From an uncultured archaeon (GTDB taxonomy: Archaea > Aenigmatarchaeota > Aenigmatarchaeia > QMZP01 > JACQNV01): a stretch of 64,000 bases of DNA. The notes below the pieces were generated by a model. That model did no database searches. It was given only the letters and a program-made list of their open reading frames with translations, and was not told the DNA's origin. The first letter of the stretch is position 1; each line of letters begins with the position of its first letter. Positions 11,526-20,994 of this stretch are shown in pieces. The stretch spans positions 224,001 to 288,000 of the forward strand of contig CAYPFW010000001.1 in NCBI GenBank assembly GCA_964410585.1, given 5' to 3'. The translations under genes were made by a program, and so were the position numbers.

Positions 11526-13448
11526 ATGAAAAATATTTTGAGTTTGGCAGTGGGCTTGATGCTCATATTATCTTTTGGTTTTGTTAGTGTAAACGCTCTT
11601 TCATGTTCAGATGTTACTTTTGATTATTCTCCATCAAATTTGGAAGCAAATTCAGCCTTTTCACTAAGGATAGCAAACAATAATCCTCCGGCACCTGATG
11701 ATGCATGGGGAGATTTTGTAAGCGCAAATTTGACATTGTCTTCAGGCCTATCAACAACAAGCTCTCTAGACGTTGATTTAACACCTTCAATAGTTAGCAC
11801 CCCATACAGCTGGACAAACATAGTAGCAAATTCAACTGGTTCATTTACCTCAACGGTAACATTAACAAATGCAACAGGCTCTTGTTCAATAAATCAGAAT
11901 CTTAATGTAGGTCCAGTTACAAATCCCAATTTAACTCTTTCTTCTACTCTTAGTAATTCAACGCCAGTAATAAACTCCCCATACACACTTACTGTAAATG
12001 TATCGAACACAGGAAATGAAAACGCAACATCAATAGTTATTACGGTTTCTGCTGGCGGAAATTCTACTATTACACCTTCTTCAAGATCTATTTCAAATCT
12101 ACAAAATGGATCTAGTGAAAATGTAACATTTACTATCAACTCTCCTTCGTCTGGAACAAACATACAAATCACAACAACTGCAACATACAAAGATACTTCA
12201 AGTGTTTCAATGACAGACTCTACAACTTCCACAACAGTTAATGTGTCAGGACATCCTTTCACAGCAAACCAATCTAAAGTAATAGATGTTCAAGCTATTG
12301 CATCTGCTATTTTAACTATAACTACAAACACAACCACAGATCTAACAGAGTTTACAATAAGCAATTCGTCTTCAAATTCAGTTTCAGCACCTTCTGGAAA
12401 ACTTGCCGCAGGAAGATATTTAACAGTAACTCTTCCTTCTTCATTTAGCTCAACACTTGAAACAACATACCTAAAAATTTATTATCAACAATCAGAAATA
12501 TCATCAAACAATATAAATGAAAATTCACTAGAAGTCAGAAAGCTTGTATCAGGCAATTGGGGAAGTCCTCTTACAGTTATTTCAAGAGATATAACAAACA
12601 ACTTTATAGAAGTCAGCACATCAGGATTTTCAACATTTGGTCTATTCGGTGATACAAATCCATCTTCTTCAAACAATAATCAGAATAGCGGAAGTGGAAA
12701 TACAAACTCTGGAACAACATCTAGTGGAACTACACTTGCAAAACAATGTGCAGAGGCTGATTATTCTTGCTCATCTTGGACAGCGTGCACATCAGGTTCA
12801 CAGACAAGAACATGTTCAAAGAAAACAGGCGTATCTTGTACAGGAGATGCGACACCTGTAACAGCTCAAACATGCTCATTGACATGTACTCCTGACTGGG
12901 AGTGTACAGATTGGTCTGTTTGCTCTTCTTCAGGCTCTCAAACAAGATCATGTTCGGATAGAAAAGGTTGTGGTGTGAGCTCAGGAAAACCACACGAATC
13001 GCAAACATGTGGAGCCCCTAAATCGGAAGTGATAAGCTTCGATGGTGGTTTAACAGGTTTCTTAGTTTCGCCTCCTATCCTACAATACAAAGCATCTGAA
13101 GGAGCATCTACTGTCTTTAAAGTAGATAACTCAGATCACACACTAACTGTTAAACAGGTCAAATCAGATTCAGTTATTTTGGTGATACAGTCAGATCCTG
13201 TTGAAATTGAAGTCAAAGCTGGAGAATCAAAATCAGTTAATATAGACGCTGATCCTGAAAATGATATAACTGTCAGAATAAACTCAATTGAAAATGGTGT
13301 TGTCTTATTGACTGTTGATAAGGTATCTAACACAAACACAGAAACAGGAATTGGAGTTATTGTAATTGTTCTAGTCGCAGTTATTGGCTTTTATTTAACT
13401 AAAAGAAAAAAAGAAACATGGAAATTTGAAACTAAGCAAGCAAAATAA
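11526..13448 (+). CDS. Membrane-anchored surface glycoprotein (CARDB-like Ig, TSP1-like Cys-rich repeats, C-terminal TM)
   Basis: N-terminal signal peptide; CSSWTAC..QTRTC and WECTDWSVC..QTRSC repeats; C-terminal hydrophobic helix followed by KRKK. Confidence 0.85.
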   Translation: MKNILSLAVGLMLILSFGFVSVNALSCSDVTFDYSPSNLEANSAFSLRIANNNPPAPDDAWGDFVSANLTLSSGLSTTSSLDVDLTPSIVSTPYSWTNIVANSTGSFTSTVTLTNATGSCSINQNLNVGPVTNPNLTLSSTLSNSTPVINSPYTLTVNVSNTGNENATSIVITVSAGGNSTITPSSRSISNLQNGSSENVTFTINSPSSGTNIQITTTATYKDTSSVSMTDSTTSTTVNVSGHPFTANQSKVIDVQAIASAILTITTNTTTDLTEFTISNSSSNSVSAPSGKLAAGRYLTVTLPSSFSSTLETTYLKIYYQQSEISSNNINENSLEVRKLVSGNWGSPLTVISRDITNNFIEVSTSGFSTFGLFGDTNPSSSNNNQNSGSGNTNSGTTSSGTTLAKQCAEADYSCSSWTACTSGSQTRTCSKKTGVSCTGDATPVTAQTCSLTCTPDWECTDWSVCSSSGSQTRSCSDRKGCGVSSGKPHESQTCGAPKSEVISFDGGLTGFLVSPPILQYKASEGASTVFKVDNSDHTLTVKQVKSDSVILVIQSDPVEIEVKAGESKSVNIDADPENDITVRINSIENGVVLLTVDKVSNTNTETGIGVIVIVLVAVIGFYLTKRKKETWKFETKQAK

Positions 13449-13505
13449 ATCTCTTTTCAATTTTCATTATGTTCTAAATTTCCCATTTTATCAAATATAT
13501 AGGTT

Positions 13506-13985
13506 TCAAGGCAATCTAATCTCAGAAAGCAGACTTATGTATTTATGTAGCCTGTTCAATTCACTTTCTAGGATTTCCAAAGTTTTTTTTGTGTTTTCTG
13601 TCTGTTCGCCCTTCATTTTTGAAAGCTGGTCTTTTGCTGCCTCAAAATCTATTAGAGACTCTTTTATACTTTTTTCAACTTTTAGAGTGATTGCATTTTT
13701 CAAGCATTCCAAAAGGTCACCTGCAAGAGAAATATACAATTGTCTATCGCCTTCTTTTTTAACCCTTTTTATCACACTAAGAAGTTCGAGAAGATCCAAG
13801 CTTAGAGAAACCATGCCAGCTGAATATCCTGTTTCTTTTGCAAGCTCCTGTAAGGACACTGGCTTTCCTTTGACCAGAAGGACACCTATTAGCTTCCCGT
13901 GCAAAGGTGAATAACCAATAGACCGCGCAACCTCTGCGAATGTGTTGAAAATCTTCCTCTCTATATCTTTTTCAGGGCTTGTCAT
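13506..13985 (-). CDS. GbsR/MarR-family winged-helix transcriptional regulator
   Basis: GYSPLHGKLIGVLL...SLQELAKETGYSAGMVSLSL...GDRQLY followed by a coiled-coil tail. Confidence 0.8.
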   Translation of the reverse strand: MTSPEKDIERKIFNTFAEVARSIGYSPLHGKLIGVLLVKGKPVSLQELAKETGYSAGMVSLSLDLLELLSVIKRVKKEGDRQLYISLAGDLLECLKNAITLKVEKSIKESLIDFEAAKDQLSKMKGEQTENTKKTLEILESELNRLHKYISLLSEIRLP

Positions 13986-14800
13986 ATTTTAAATAATTGT
14001 TTGGCATTTGAATAGAAAACCTTTTCCCAATGTTGTTTTGGGACGACTTTTTTTATTATTTCTATATAGTCTTTCATTTTCACCAATGGCCAATCTGAAC
14101 CGTAAATTATTTTGTTAAATGCACAAGAAAAATTAAAGACAAAATCCATATCTAATTTCAGATAGTCTATGTTCATTTTTTTCACGTCACCTATGACAAG
14201 TCCTGAAATATCTGTATAGACATTTTGATTTTTGTATATGATTTCTGCGGCATCTCTTATCCACGGATTTCCTAAATGAGCAATTACAAAATTCACGCCA
14301 GGATTATCAACGGCTAATTCATCGATAATAAATGGGTGGGAATATTTTAATTTTGGTGGAGAAAGTTGTATAGAGGGCGACATCCAGACATCACCAGAAT
14401 GTATAATTACAGGGGCCTTGTATTTTTCAGCCAACTTATAGAAAGGTTTGTATATTTCATCAGTTGGATAATAGTGTGTATATCCTGGATAAATCTTCAT
14501 TCCAATGGCTGTTCTTTCTGACAATGCTTTTTCAGTAAGTAAAATTTCTTTTTTTCCACATTTAACTGGGTTTAATCCAACTACTATTTCTAGACTATCT
14601 AATTCGTGTTTTTGTCTCAGTGCTAATTCAAGTTTCATTGGGGTTGGATCTCTAAATTTCTCGCTCGATGTTATAGAAATTGCTTTTACAACATTATTTA
14701 ATTTTAGCTCCTGTCTAAAATCTTCTATAGAAAAGGGTTTATTTTCAGGACTTCCATCAGCCCCAAAGGTTGTATGCATATGAGCATCTATAATTTTCAT
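13982..14800 (-). CDS. Amidohydrolase-2 family metal-dependent hydrolase
   Basis: IIDAHMH, GMKIYPGY, IHSG, IAHLGNPW and YGSDWP motifs. Confidence 0.9.
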   Translation of the reverse strand: MKIIDAHMHTTFGADGSPENKPFSIEDFRQELKLNNVVKAISITSSEKFRDPTPMKLELALRQKHELDSLEIVVGLNPVKCGKKEILLTEKALSERTAIGMKIYPGYTHYYPTDEIYKPFYKLAEKYKAPVIIHSGDVWMSPSIQLSPPKLKYSHPFIIDELAVDNPGVNFVIAHLGNPWIRDAAEIIYKNQNVYTDISGLVIGDVKKMNIDYLKLDMDFVFNFSCAFNKIIYGSDWPLVKMKDYIEIIKKVVPKQHWEKVFYSNAKQLFKI

Positions 14801-14806
14801 AGTAGG

Positions 14807-15169
14807 TTATTGTTTCCTTATTTTATTAATTGCAGTATAGATTATGGCTCCGATAAAAGAGCCTATTACGTCAAAAACTACATCAAAAATATCAGCAAAT
14901 CTCCCCGGAACAAGCGATTGGTGAAATTCATCTGAGAGGCCGTATACAAAACCAATGACTAGTGTGAATAGTATTAATTTTTTCCTCGAACTTATATTTG
15001 ATTTGTTTAAACCAAACACCAAAAACAATCCAAGAACCAAGTAAATGGCAACATGTTTCCAATAGCCAAAAGGATCAAAACCAAAAGGATCTGTAACTTT
15101 AGGTAGGGAAGAAAAATAAAAAATCAAAGCCATCCAAAAAACAGCTGGGATCCAGTACTTTATTTTCAT
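14807..15169 (-). CDS. VanZ family membrane protein
   Basis: WMALIFYFSS...KH..IYLVLG...YGLSDEFHQSLVPGRFADIFDVVFD. Confidence 0.85.
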   Translation of the reverse strand: MKIKYWIPAVFWMALIFYFSSLPKVTDPFGFDPFGYWKHVAIYLVLGLFLVFGLNKSNISSRKKLILFTLVIGFVYGLSDEFHQSLVPGRFADIFDVVFDVIGSFIGAIIYTAINKIRKQ

Positions 15170-15579
15170 AGGGGCACAATTGCTACATCATTAGAGCAGT
15201 TTTCACATTTGTAATTATATAGTTTTATCTTGTGACCCCTTTCACATTTTTGTGTCTTCCTAAGATCGCCTTTTCTCTTGAGTGTAAGAGATTTTAGTTT
15301 TAGTTTGTTTTTGGATTCTTCTAAATCACTAAAACTTTTGAATTTTTTCTTCCAGAAATTTTTTGGAAATTCCCAATATTCGTCTTTTTCAATGTCCATG
15401 AAAAAGCTTTGGCACTTTTCACAAACTTTGAGTTCGGGGATTATAAAAGCTGACCTCATTTTGCTTCCAACCCTAAAGGAAAAGCGGGGAGTGTTGATAA
15501 AATGGGATAATTTACATTGATAGCACCTAAGAATTGTTGGATTTGTCTTGTCTTTTCGCAAAACCAGAAGCTTGCCCAT
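15166..15579 (-). CDS. Hypothetical basic Zn-ribbon protein
   Basis: CxxC pairs (CYQC, CEKC, CENC, plus CERGH); overlaps the vanZ start by ATGA. Confidence 0.6.
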   Translation of the reverse strand: MGKLLVLRKDKTNPTILRCYQCKLSHFINTPRFSFRVGSKMRSAFIIPELKVCEKCQSFFMDIEKDEYWEFPKNFWKKKFKSFSDLEESKNKLKLKSLTLKRKGDLRKTQKCERGHKIKLYNYKCENCSNDVAIVPL

Positions 15580-15631
15580 ATGGTAATATTGTTTTTGGAT
15601 GGTTTAAATACATTTGACACAAAATATACTA

Positions 15632-18091
15632 ATGAAAGGTAGTGTGTTAGGACTTGAGACAATTGTAAGTATAGTAGGTGTTTTAGTAGCTGCTGTGCTT
15701 TTGTTCTTATTTGTCAGCCCTGTTGCGTTTGATCAATTAAAAGATAGCTTTTGTTTGTCTACTGGATTTTGTGGAGAAAGAGTTTCTATCTATACTTCTG
15801 TTGCCAAACAATCTGTAGATGCATTGGCATGCGCTGTAAGCTCAACAGCAGAAGGACAAAAACTTCCTTGTGTTGAAAAATTCGAGGAAAACCAACCAGA
15901 CGGGCCCTATGTTGCCTGCTCTACACAAGAACAGCTTGTTTGCTGCGATACAGGATGGTTTGGGGGAGAATATTGGATGACAAAAGACCTTTGTCAAGCA
16001 AGCAAATACTCTGTAGTTGGCGGCGACAAATGTGGGGATTTAGAGTGGTTTTCGGAAAAAAGAACAGAGGCGCCAAAGTTTTCTTGTGTTGTTAGGAATT
16101 TCAATTTGCCACAAACTTTGGGAGAAGCAACAATACCTTTGATTGGTGTGAAATTTACTCCAGAAAAATGGATTGAAGGATATGGTGATCCCCAATACTT
16201 GGTTTACTATCAGCGGTTTCCAGCAGAAGAAGACACATGGTCTTTCAAAGCAGATTGGAAGGTTTACACACTTATAGTTGTCACCACTTTGCCTCCTGGA
16301 AAAATAGCAAAGTTTTTAGGCAAGGCATGGCAAGGTATTAGGACATCTAAACTTTTTGGAACAGGCGCAGGAAAAGTTGGAGAACAACTTCTTCTTTTTG
16401 AATCCAAGCAAGGCGGAGTGCAAGCTATCAACAGAATAGCTGATCCTCGAAACGCAATTAATTTTATTAAAGGAACTCTACAAGCTTTGAAAAAAGCTAG
16501 AATTGCTACAGAAGGTGGAATTAAAAGAGTCAAAAGGCTTGCAGTTATTTCTGGTGCTGTTGTAGCTGCTGATTGGTTAGAGGGGGAAGAATATGAAACA
16601 GAGTATGTAGAATCTGTTTTAGCTAAACTAAACCCTGAGGCTGGAAAATTAGTTTTGAAAATGCCATTAGCAAAACCAATTCCATTTGAATTGAGCAAAG
16701 AGTTAGAAGGGAAGCCTGTTTTGATTCAGTTCAGGCCCAAGATTGCAAAAAGGGAAAAACAACTTCATCTTGTTTCGCCTTGCAAACTTGATGTTCTCCC
16801 AGTTTTCAAAGAGGCAACAGAATGTCCTTCATACTTGTTCAATGGTGTGACAGGATATACAGAATGTTCTTTAAACAGAGTGTCTGGAAGTACACCAACA
16901 TATCCAAATAGGTTATCAAAACTAAGCGACAGCGACCTTCCTCTATGTCAAGGAATAGTAGACGACTACAAGTTTACAGAAAACCCAGCCTCAAATACAT
17001 TTATTGATTTTTTTAGAAGCCTAAAAGGCTCTAGCAGACCGTCAATTCTTGAAAACTATTTCGAGGATGGAATTTTCAAAATACCGTTTTTTAAAGATGT
17101 TGTATATGAAGCTACAAGTGGAGTTAATTTCAGCTCAGATAAAATACTCATAAGCGTCCCGAACAAAGAAGAACAAATTTCAATATCAACAGAAACAAAC
17201 GGTTACTACCCGGATTCTTTCCCATTTTTGATGAGAGGAATAGCTGAAGGTAAAGTTAGCTATAAGGATAGTGACATCAAAGTTTACAAGTTTTGTTTTA
17301 GTTGGCTAAACAGAAAAGATACTGGAACAAGAGGAAAATATACAGATTTTGAAGCCACTCAAAAAGAAAATGAAGGAGAGCTTCCTAAATTTGATTGTCA
17401 AATTGGAATAAAGGTAGATAAGACATGTTCAGATACAAATGACCCAGTATGCCAGGTTTTTGACACAATAAAATCAGAACCAGAATACACAGAATATTTC
17501 AAGCCACCTGCACAAAGCAAGGGGATCGATGTAAATCATTTCACTAGATCGATTTATTATAATGAATTAAAAGAAGATGGTAAGGTCGAGGATTCAAAAA
17601 TAAATCAGAGAATAATGTTTATTAGCGGATCTGGATACTCAATTGGACTAATAGACTCTGATTATGGAAATAATATTAATCAAATTGATTTCTATTCGAA
17701 ATCCCTTTCCGAACCTGGAGAACTTGCTCCTACAAACCCAGCTACATTTATTGCAGATGTTGATTTTGATGGAACATTTGAAAGTTATGGCACAAGATTT
17801 GGATGCAAAAGTGAGGCTGTATTTGCTGATCTTGTAGATTCTGTAAAAGGTGGAGACACAAATTATTGTGTTTCAGAGAGTGGGTTAGGTTGGGGAATAG
17901 CTGAAGGTGTAGGGTATTATGGTGGTTGGACACTTGTTGCAGTGGGATCAACAGCAGCAATTGTTGGAACAGGTGGGCTTGCAACACCTTTGGTTGGTGG
18001 ACTGGCTGCTGGAACATTTATCACAGCAGGATTTACAGCAATTAGTTTGGAAGAAATTTCAGATCTTACTGGTGGATGGCCAGACAACTAG
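15632..18091 (+). CDS. Large Cys-rich membrane/surface protein with class III (pilin-like) signal peptide
   Basis: MKG|SVLGLETIV followed by a hydrophobic helix; many Cys; Gly-rich C-terminal hydrophobic segment. ATG 15632 preferred over TTG 15614. Confidence 0.7.
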   Translation: MKGSVLGLETIVSIVGVLVAAVLLFLFVSPVAFDQLKDSFCLSTGFCGERVSIYTSVAKQSVDALACAVSSTAEGQKLPCVEKFEENQPDGPYVACSTQEQLVCCDTGWFGGEYWMTKDLCQASKYSVVGGDKCGDLEWFSEKRTEAPKFSCVVRNFNLPQTLGEATIPLIGVKFTPEKWIEGYGDPQYLVYYQRFPAEEDTWSFKADWKVYTLIVVTTLPPGKIAKFLGKAWQGIRTSKLFGTGAGKVGEQLLLFESKQGGVQAINRIADPRNAINFIKGTLQALKKARIATEGGIKRVKRLAVISGAVVAADWLEGEEYETEYVESVLAKLNPEAGKLVLKMPLAKPIPFELSKELEGKPVLIQFRPKIAKREKQLHLVSPCKLDVLPVFKEATECPSYLFNGVTGYTECSLNRVSGSTPTYPNRLSKLSDSDLPLCQGIVDDYKFTENPASNTFIDFFRSLKGSSRPSILENYFEDGIFKIPFFKDVVYEATSGVNFSSDKILISVPNKEEQISISTETNGYYPDSFPFLMRGIAEGKVSYKDSDIKVYKFCFSWLNRKDTGTRGKYTDFEATQKENEGELPKFDCQIGIKVDKTCSDTNDPVCQVFDTIKSEPEYTEYFKPPAQSKGIDVNHFTRSIYYNELKEDGKVEDSKINQRIMFISGSGYSIGLIDSDYGNNINQIDFYSKSLSEPGELAPTNPATFIADVDFDGTFESYGTRFGCKSEAVFADLVDSVKGGDTNYCVSESGLGWGIAEGVGYYGGWTLVAVGSTAAIVGTGGLATPLVGGLAAGTFITAGFTAISLEEISDLTGGWPDN

Positions 18092-18130
18092 ATAGCCTTT
18101 TCCGGGAGTTAACAACTTCCAATAGATACC

Positions 18131-18154
18131 GAAACTGGTCTGCAGACCAGTTTC
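18131..18154. repeat. Perfect 24-bp palindrome GAAACTGGTCTGCAGACCAGTTTC
   Basis: Equals its own reverse complement; lies between convergent genes. Confidence 0.85.
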
Positions 18155-18311
18155 CAGCCATTGACGGCTACCATACCCAAAAATCAAAAATTTACAACTT
18201 CTAAAAATTTACGCCTTCCACGGGTTTTAATTCTTCGTTTTTTAGAAATTATAACTTCATCTTCGGAAAATTTTACTCCTCCTCAAAATTAAAAAATCAA
18301 CACTACCAAAA

Positions 18312-19955
18312 CTATTCCTGGCGCCAAAGAGGGGAAGCCCGCTCGCCTGAAAAATATTCTGGACTTAGAGTATATCTCCAGCTTCTCTCATACTGGCCAC
18401 CAACAAGCAATCTTTCAACTGCGGGGTGAAGACCTTTGAGTGTATCAAAATTGAAAGGCGTTCTGTCAAAACCTCTTCTTCTGACACCATCACAGTGTGC
18501 AACAAAGGCTGCGAAATCTTCTAGAAACTCATTTGGTTTTTGATCCATTGTGAACTCTTCTGTTCCATTTCCCATTCTTCCACCACCAAAAATCATATAG
18601 AACGGCTCTTCTCCTGGTCTCCAACTTGGGCCAACTGCGAAAACGGTTCTCGATTCTCTTTCTGCTCCTTCTCTTCCACTGTATTTGGCTACTACAATAG
18701 GAATTTGGAAGCAATCGAAAACCTCCACGCCCGAAATAGTTCTCCTGTCTATCCTGTATCCTATATCCTCGTATACAACATCATTAAAACTCGGACTAAA
18801 ACGCAAGAAATAACCGCTGCCAAGATATCTCATGATGCTTCCTAAAAGCGCCTTTTCTCTTGTTGAATTGTCGAAAATAAGCTTTCTTTCTGATTTTAAG
18901 AAATCTTGTATACTAATTTCCCTTTTTGGACCGCTAACCACTCTAAGTCTGGAATGCACATACGCCTGTGGTTGCTGTTCAACATCAAAATCGCTTGTAT
19001 AATTTCCAATAGACACTCTAATGTATTCTGAGGTAACTGTTCTTATTATAACTTTCGGTAGTTCATTTTCTGGTATTGAATCTAGATTTTTTATATCTTT
19101 GGCAATTCTATTAAATTCTTCTTCTGTCATTTCAGGACTAAAACCCCACTTGTTCCTCTCACCTGTGTTTTTGACTACATTTTGTGGTGCAGAACTTTGG
19201 TTGAGATTATTCGTTGCCATAGTTTCTTGGGCTGTATCTGCTGGAGCACTTACCGTGAACTGTGCTTCTCTTAGTTTTCTTGTGCCATCTACAAGGGGCC
19301 GCGCATCAAATTCAAATGCTCGAAGTTCTGTGGAATTTTGAACTACCACAGGGATTTCATATCTAGCATGTCTTGAGAGTCTTACATTTCCACCTGTTTG
19401 TGGAGATGCCGAAGTAAATAGAATGACTTGTTCTGTATCTCTTGATTTTGTCCAAGAGGGTCCAATATCTTTTAGCACAAAACTAACATCTTGAGAAGTG
19501 AGAGATTCGAAAATTGGGCGCGCTTGTTTTTCTAACTCTCTTGCTCTTCCATCTATTTCTGGTAATAGGCTAAATCCGCTGATATATGAATCACTTGTGC
19601 TATCAGCTTGATATCCATACATCCTAAAACTTTTTATTCCTGCAGAATCGATATCTAAAGATTTATCTCTTCCACCAAAAACAAGTGTCCTGTTTGTTGA
19701 TCCATCTACAACAAATACGTATCTTCTTCCTCTTTCCACTTCAGCAGGTCCTGCAATTTTCAAAAGGTTGTCCATTGGCTCTGCATAAGAATTTTTTCTT
19801 TCTCCGTTGGCCGATAACAATTCCTCTGTTGGTCTAGAACTAGAAGAATATCCTGTCGTATCTATTGGTTTGGATTTTGGACACCCTGGAACAACAAACA
19901 AAGAAGCAACTAAAAGAGCTCTCAAAGTTCTATCAAGAAAATCATATAGCATCAT
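18312..19955 (-). CDS. Hypothetical exported (lipo)protein
   Basis: 547-codon ORF; hydrophobic N-terminus ending VPGC (lipobox-like); no domain recognised. Confidence 0.7.
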   Translation of the reverse strand: MMLYDFLDRTLRALLVASLFVVPGCPKSKPIDTTGYSSSSRPTEELLSANGERKNSYAEPMDNLLKIAGPAEVERGRRYVFVVDGSTNRTLVFGGRDKSLDIDSAGIKSFRMYGYQADSTSDSYISGFSLLPEIDGRARELEKQARPIFESLTSQDVSFVLKDIGPSWTKSRDTEQVILFTSASPQTGGNVRLSRHARYEIPVVVQNSTELRAFEFDARPLVDGTRKLREAQFTVSAPADTAQETMATNNLNQSSAPQNVVKNTGERNKWGFSPEMTEEEFNRIAKDIKNLDSIPENELPKVIIRTVTSEYIRVSIGNYTSDFDVEQQPQAYVHSRLRVVSGPKREISIQDFLKSERKLIFDNSTREKALLGSIMRYLGSGYFLRFSPSFNDVVYEDIGYRIDRRTISGVEVFDCFQIPIVVAKYSGREGAERESRTVFAVGPSWRPGEEPFYMIFGGGRMGNGTEEFTMDQKPNEFLEDFAAFVAHCDGVRRRGFDRTPFNFDTLKGLHPAVERLLVGGQYERSWRYTLSPEYFSGERASPLWRQE

Positions 19956-19991
19956 ACTAACAAATTAGAAGGAATTAATAATTAAAGATAA

Positions 19992-20189
19992 TTAAACGCT
20001 AGCTTCTTTTTTTGGCATGTGGCCTTTTTCAAATTTTAAAGTCCACTTCAATCCTTTGCCTTCTCTTCCCTTTTTCCAGTTTGTCTGACACTTGGAATTG
20101 CAAAAATTGTAGATATCTCCACTTTTTTTGACAAACATTTTTCCTCTTCCCAATTTCAATGTGTTTCCACACAAACTACACTTAGCCAT
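19992..20189 (-). CDS. rpl24e: 50S ribosomal protein L24e
   Basis: MAKCSLCG...GRGKMFVKKSG..YNFCNSKC...LKWT; follows S28e and L7Ae. Confidence 0.93.
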   Translation of the reverse strand: MAKCSLCGNTLKLGRGKMFVKKSGDIYNFCNSKCQTNWKKGREGKGLKWTLKFEKGHMPKKEASV

Positions 20190-20291
20190 AACCTTTTGTC
20201 CCAAAATAGGGAACCTGTTAGACAATTGTTTCCGGTTCCTCTAACCCCCCACTTGTAAACTTTTGCTCAAGCTTTTTCTAAAAGCTTGACA

Positions 20292-20340
20292 GGAGCCTAA
20301 AAATTTCCTCACCGCGATTCGTAAATTTTTCACGGCTTCC
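20292..20340. repeat. Dispersed imperfect-palindrome element, copy A
   Basis: ggagcctaaaaattt-N16-aaatttttcacggcttcc; related to 26178-26221 and partly to 18181-18222. Confidence 0.65.
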
Positions 20341-20376
20341 ACGATTAACCTCTAATTGTTCCTAAAATTTAATCAA

Positions 20377-20568
20377 CTATCGTCCACCGACGTCCATTTC
20401 AATTTCTTTTAACATCAATATGTCGCCAAGCCTTACTGGACCAACAACATTTCTCATCAAAACTTTATCTCTTCCAGATTTTTCCTCTTTAATCCTACAC
20501 CTAACTCTGGAAACTCCTTTTACACCCATTCTTCCCAAAACAGTTATTACTTCAGCTGCCACTGCCAT
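20377..20568 (-). CDS. rps28e: 30S ribosomal protein S28e
   Basis: [12 protein letters not shown]...RVRCRI...[19 protein letters not shown]. Confidence 0.95.
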   Translation of the reverse strand: MAVAAEVITVLGRMGVKGVSRVRCRIKEEKSGRDKVLMRNVVGPVRLGDILMLKEIEMDVGGR

Positions 20569-20576
20569 AAATTATC

Positions 20577-20942
20577 CTATTTAAGTAGTGCTCTTGTTTT
20601 TTCAGCCACTGTTGCTATTGCCCTTTTAGCGTCACCTTCTTCTGTTACTGCCAAAGAAGATGTTGGAACCTCGATTCCAGATGCTTTTCCTAGCTCTAGT
20701 TTAGATGGAACATAAGCAAAAGGGACTTTTTTCTCATTGCACAAAACAGGTAGATGCATCAAAATTTCTTCTGGTGTGACATCTTCAGCCATTACAACAA
20801 GTCTTGCGTGGCCTCTTTCTATTGCTTTTGTGGCCTCGTTCACGCCTCTTCTGATTTTTCCTGTTTTGCTAGCAACTTCTATAGCTTCGTATACCTTATC
20901 CAAAAGGTCTTTTGGTTGTTGAAATTTTACAAATGCTGGCAT
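20577..20942 (-). CDS. rpl7ae: 50S ribosomal protein L7Ae
   Basis: GKIRRGVNEATKAIERG.A.LVVMAEDVTPEEILMHLPVLCNEK. Confidence 0.97.
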   Translation of the reverse strand: MPAFVKFQQPKDLLDKVYEAIEVASKTGKIRRGVNEATKAIERGHARLVVMAEDVTPEEILMHLPVLCNEKKVPFAYVPSKLELGKASGIEVPTSSLAVTEEGDAKRAIATVAEKTRALLK

Positions 20943-20948
20943 ATTTAT

Positions 20949-20994
20949 CCTCCAATCATCAGGGCATAAACCCCTTCTATCATAGATTTATTGG
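20949..20994 (-). promoter_or_regulatory. Putative kink-turn-containing 5'-UTR of rpl7ae overlapping the GGAGG SD (autoregulation)
   Basis: Minus strand reads CCAAU AAAUCUAUG AUA GA AGGG GUUUAUG CCCU GA UG AUUGG AGG: tandem G.A pairs next to an AGGG/CCCU stem, with an outer CCAAU/AUUGG stem covering part of the SD. Confidence 0.5.

Noticed and set aside
265-13339. Many minus-strand ORFs opposite the two + strand surface genes
   Set aside because: Antisense shadows of Thr/Ser-rich repetitive coding sequence; no independent motifs.
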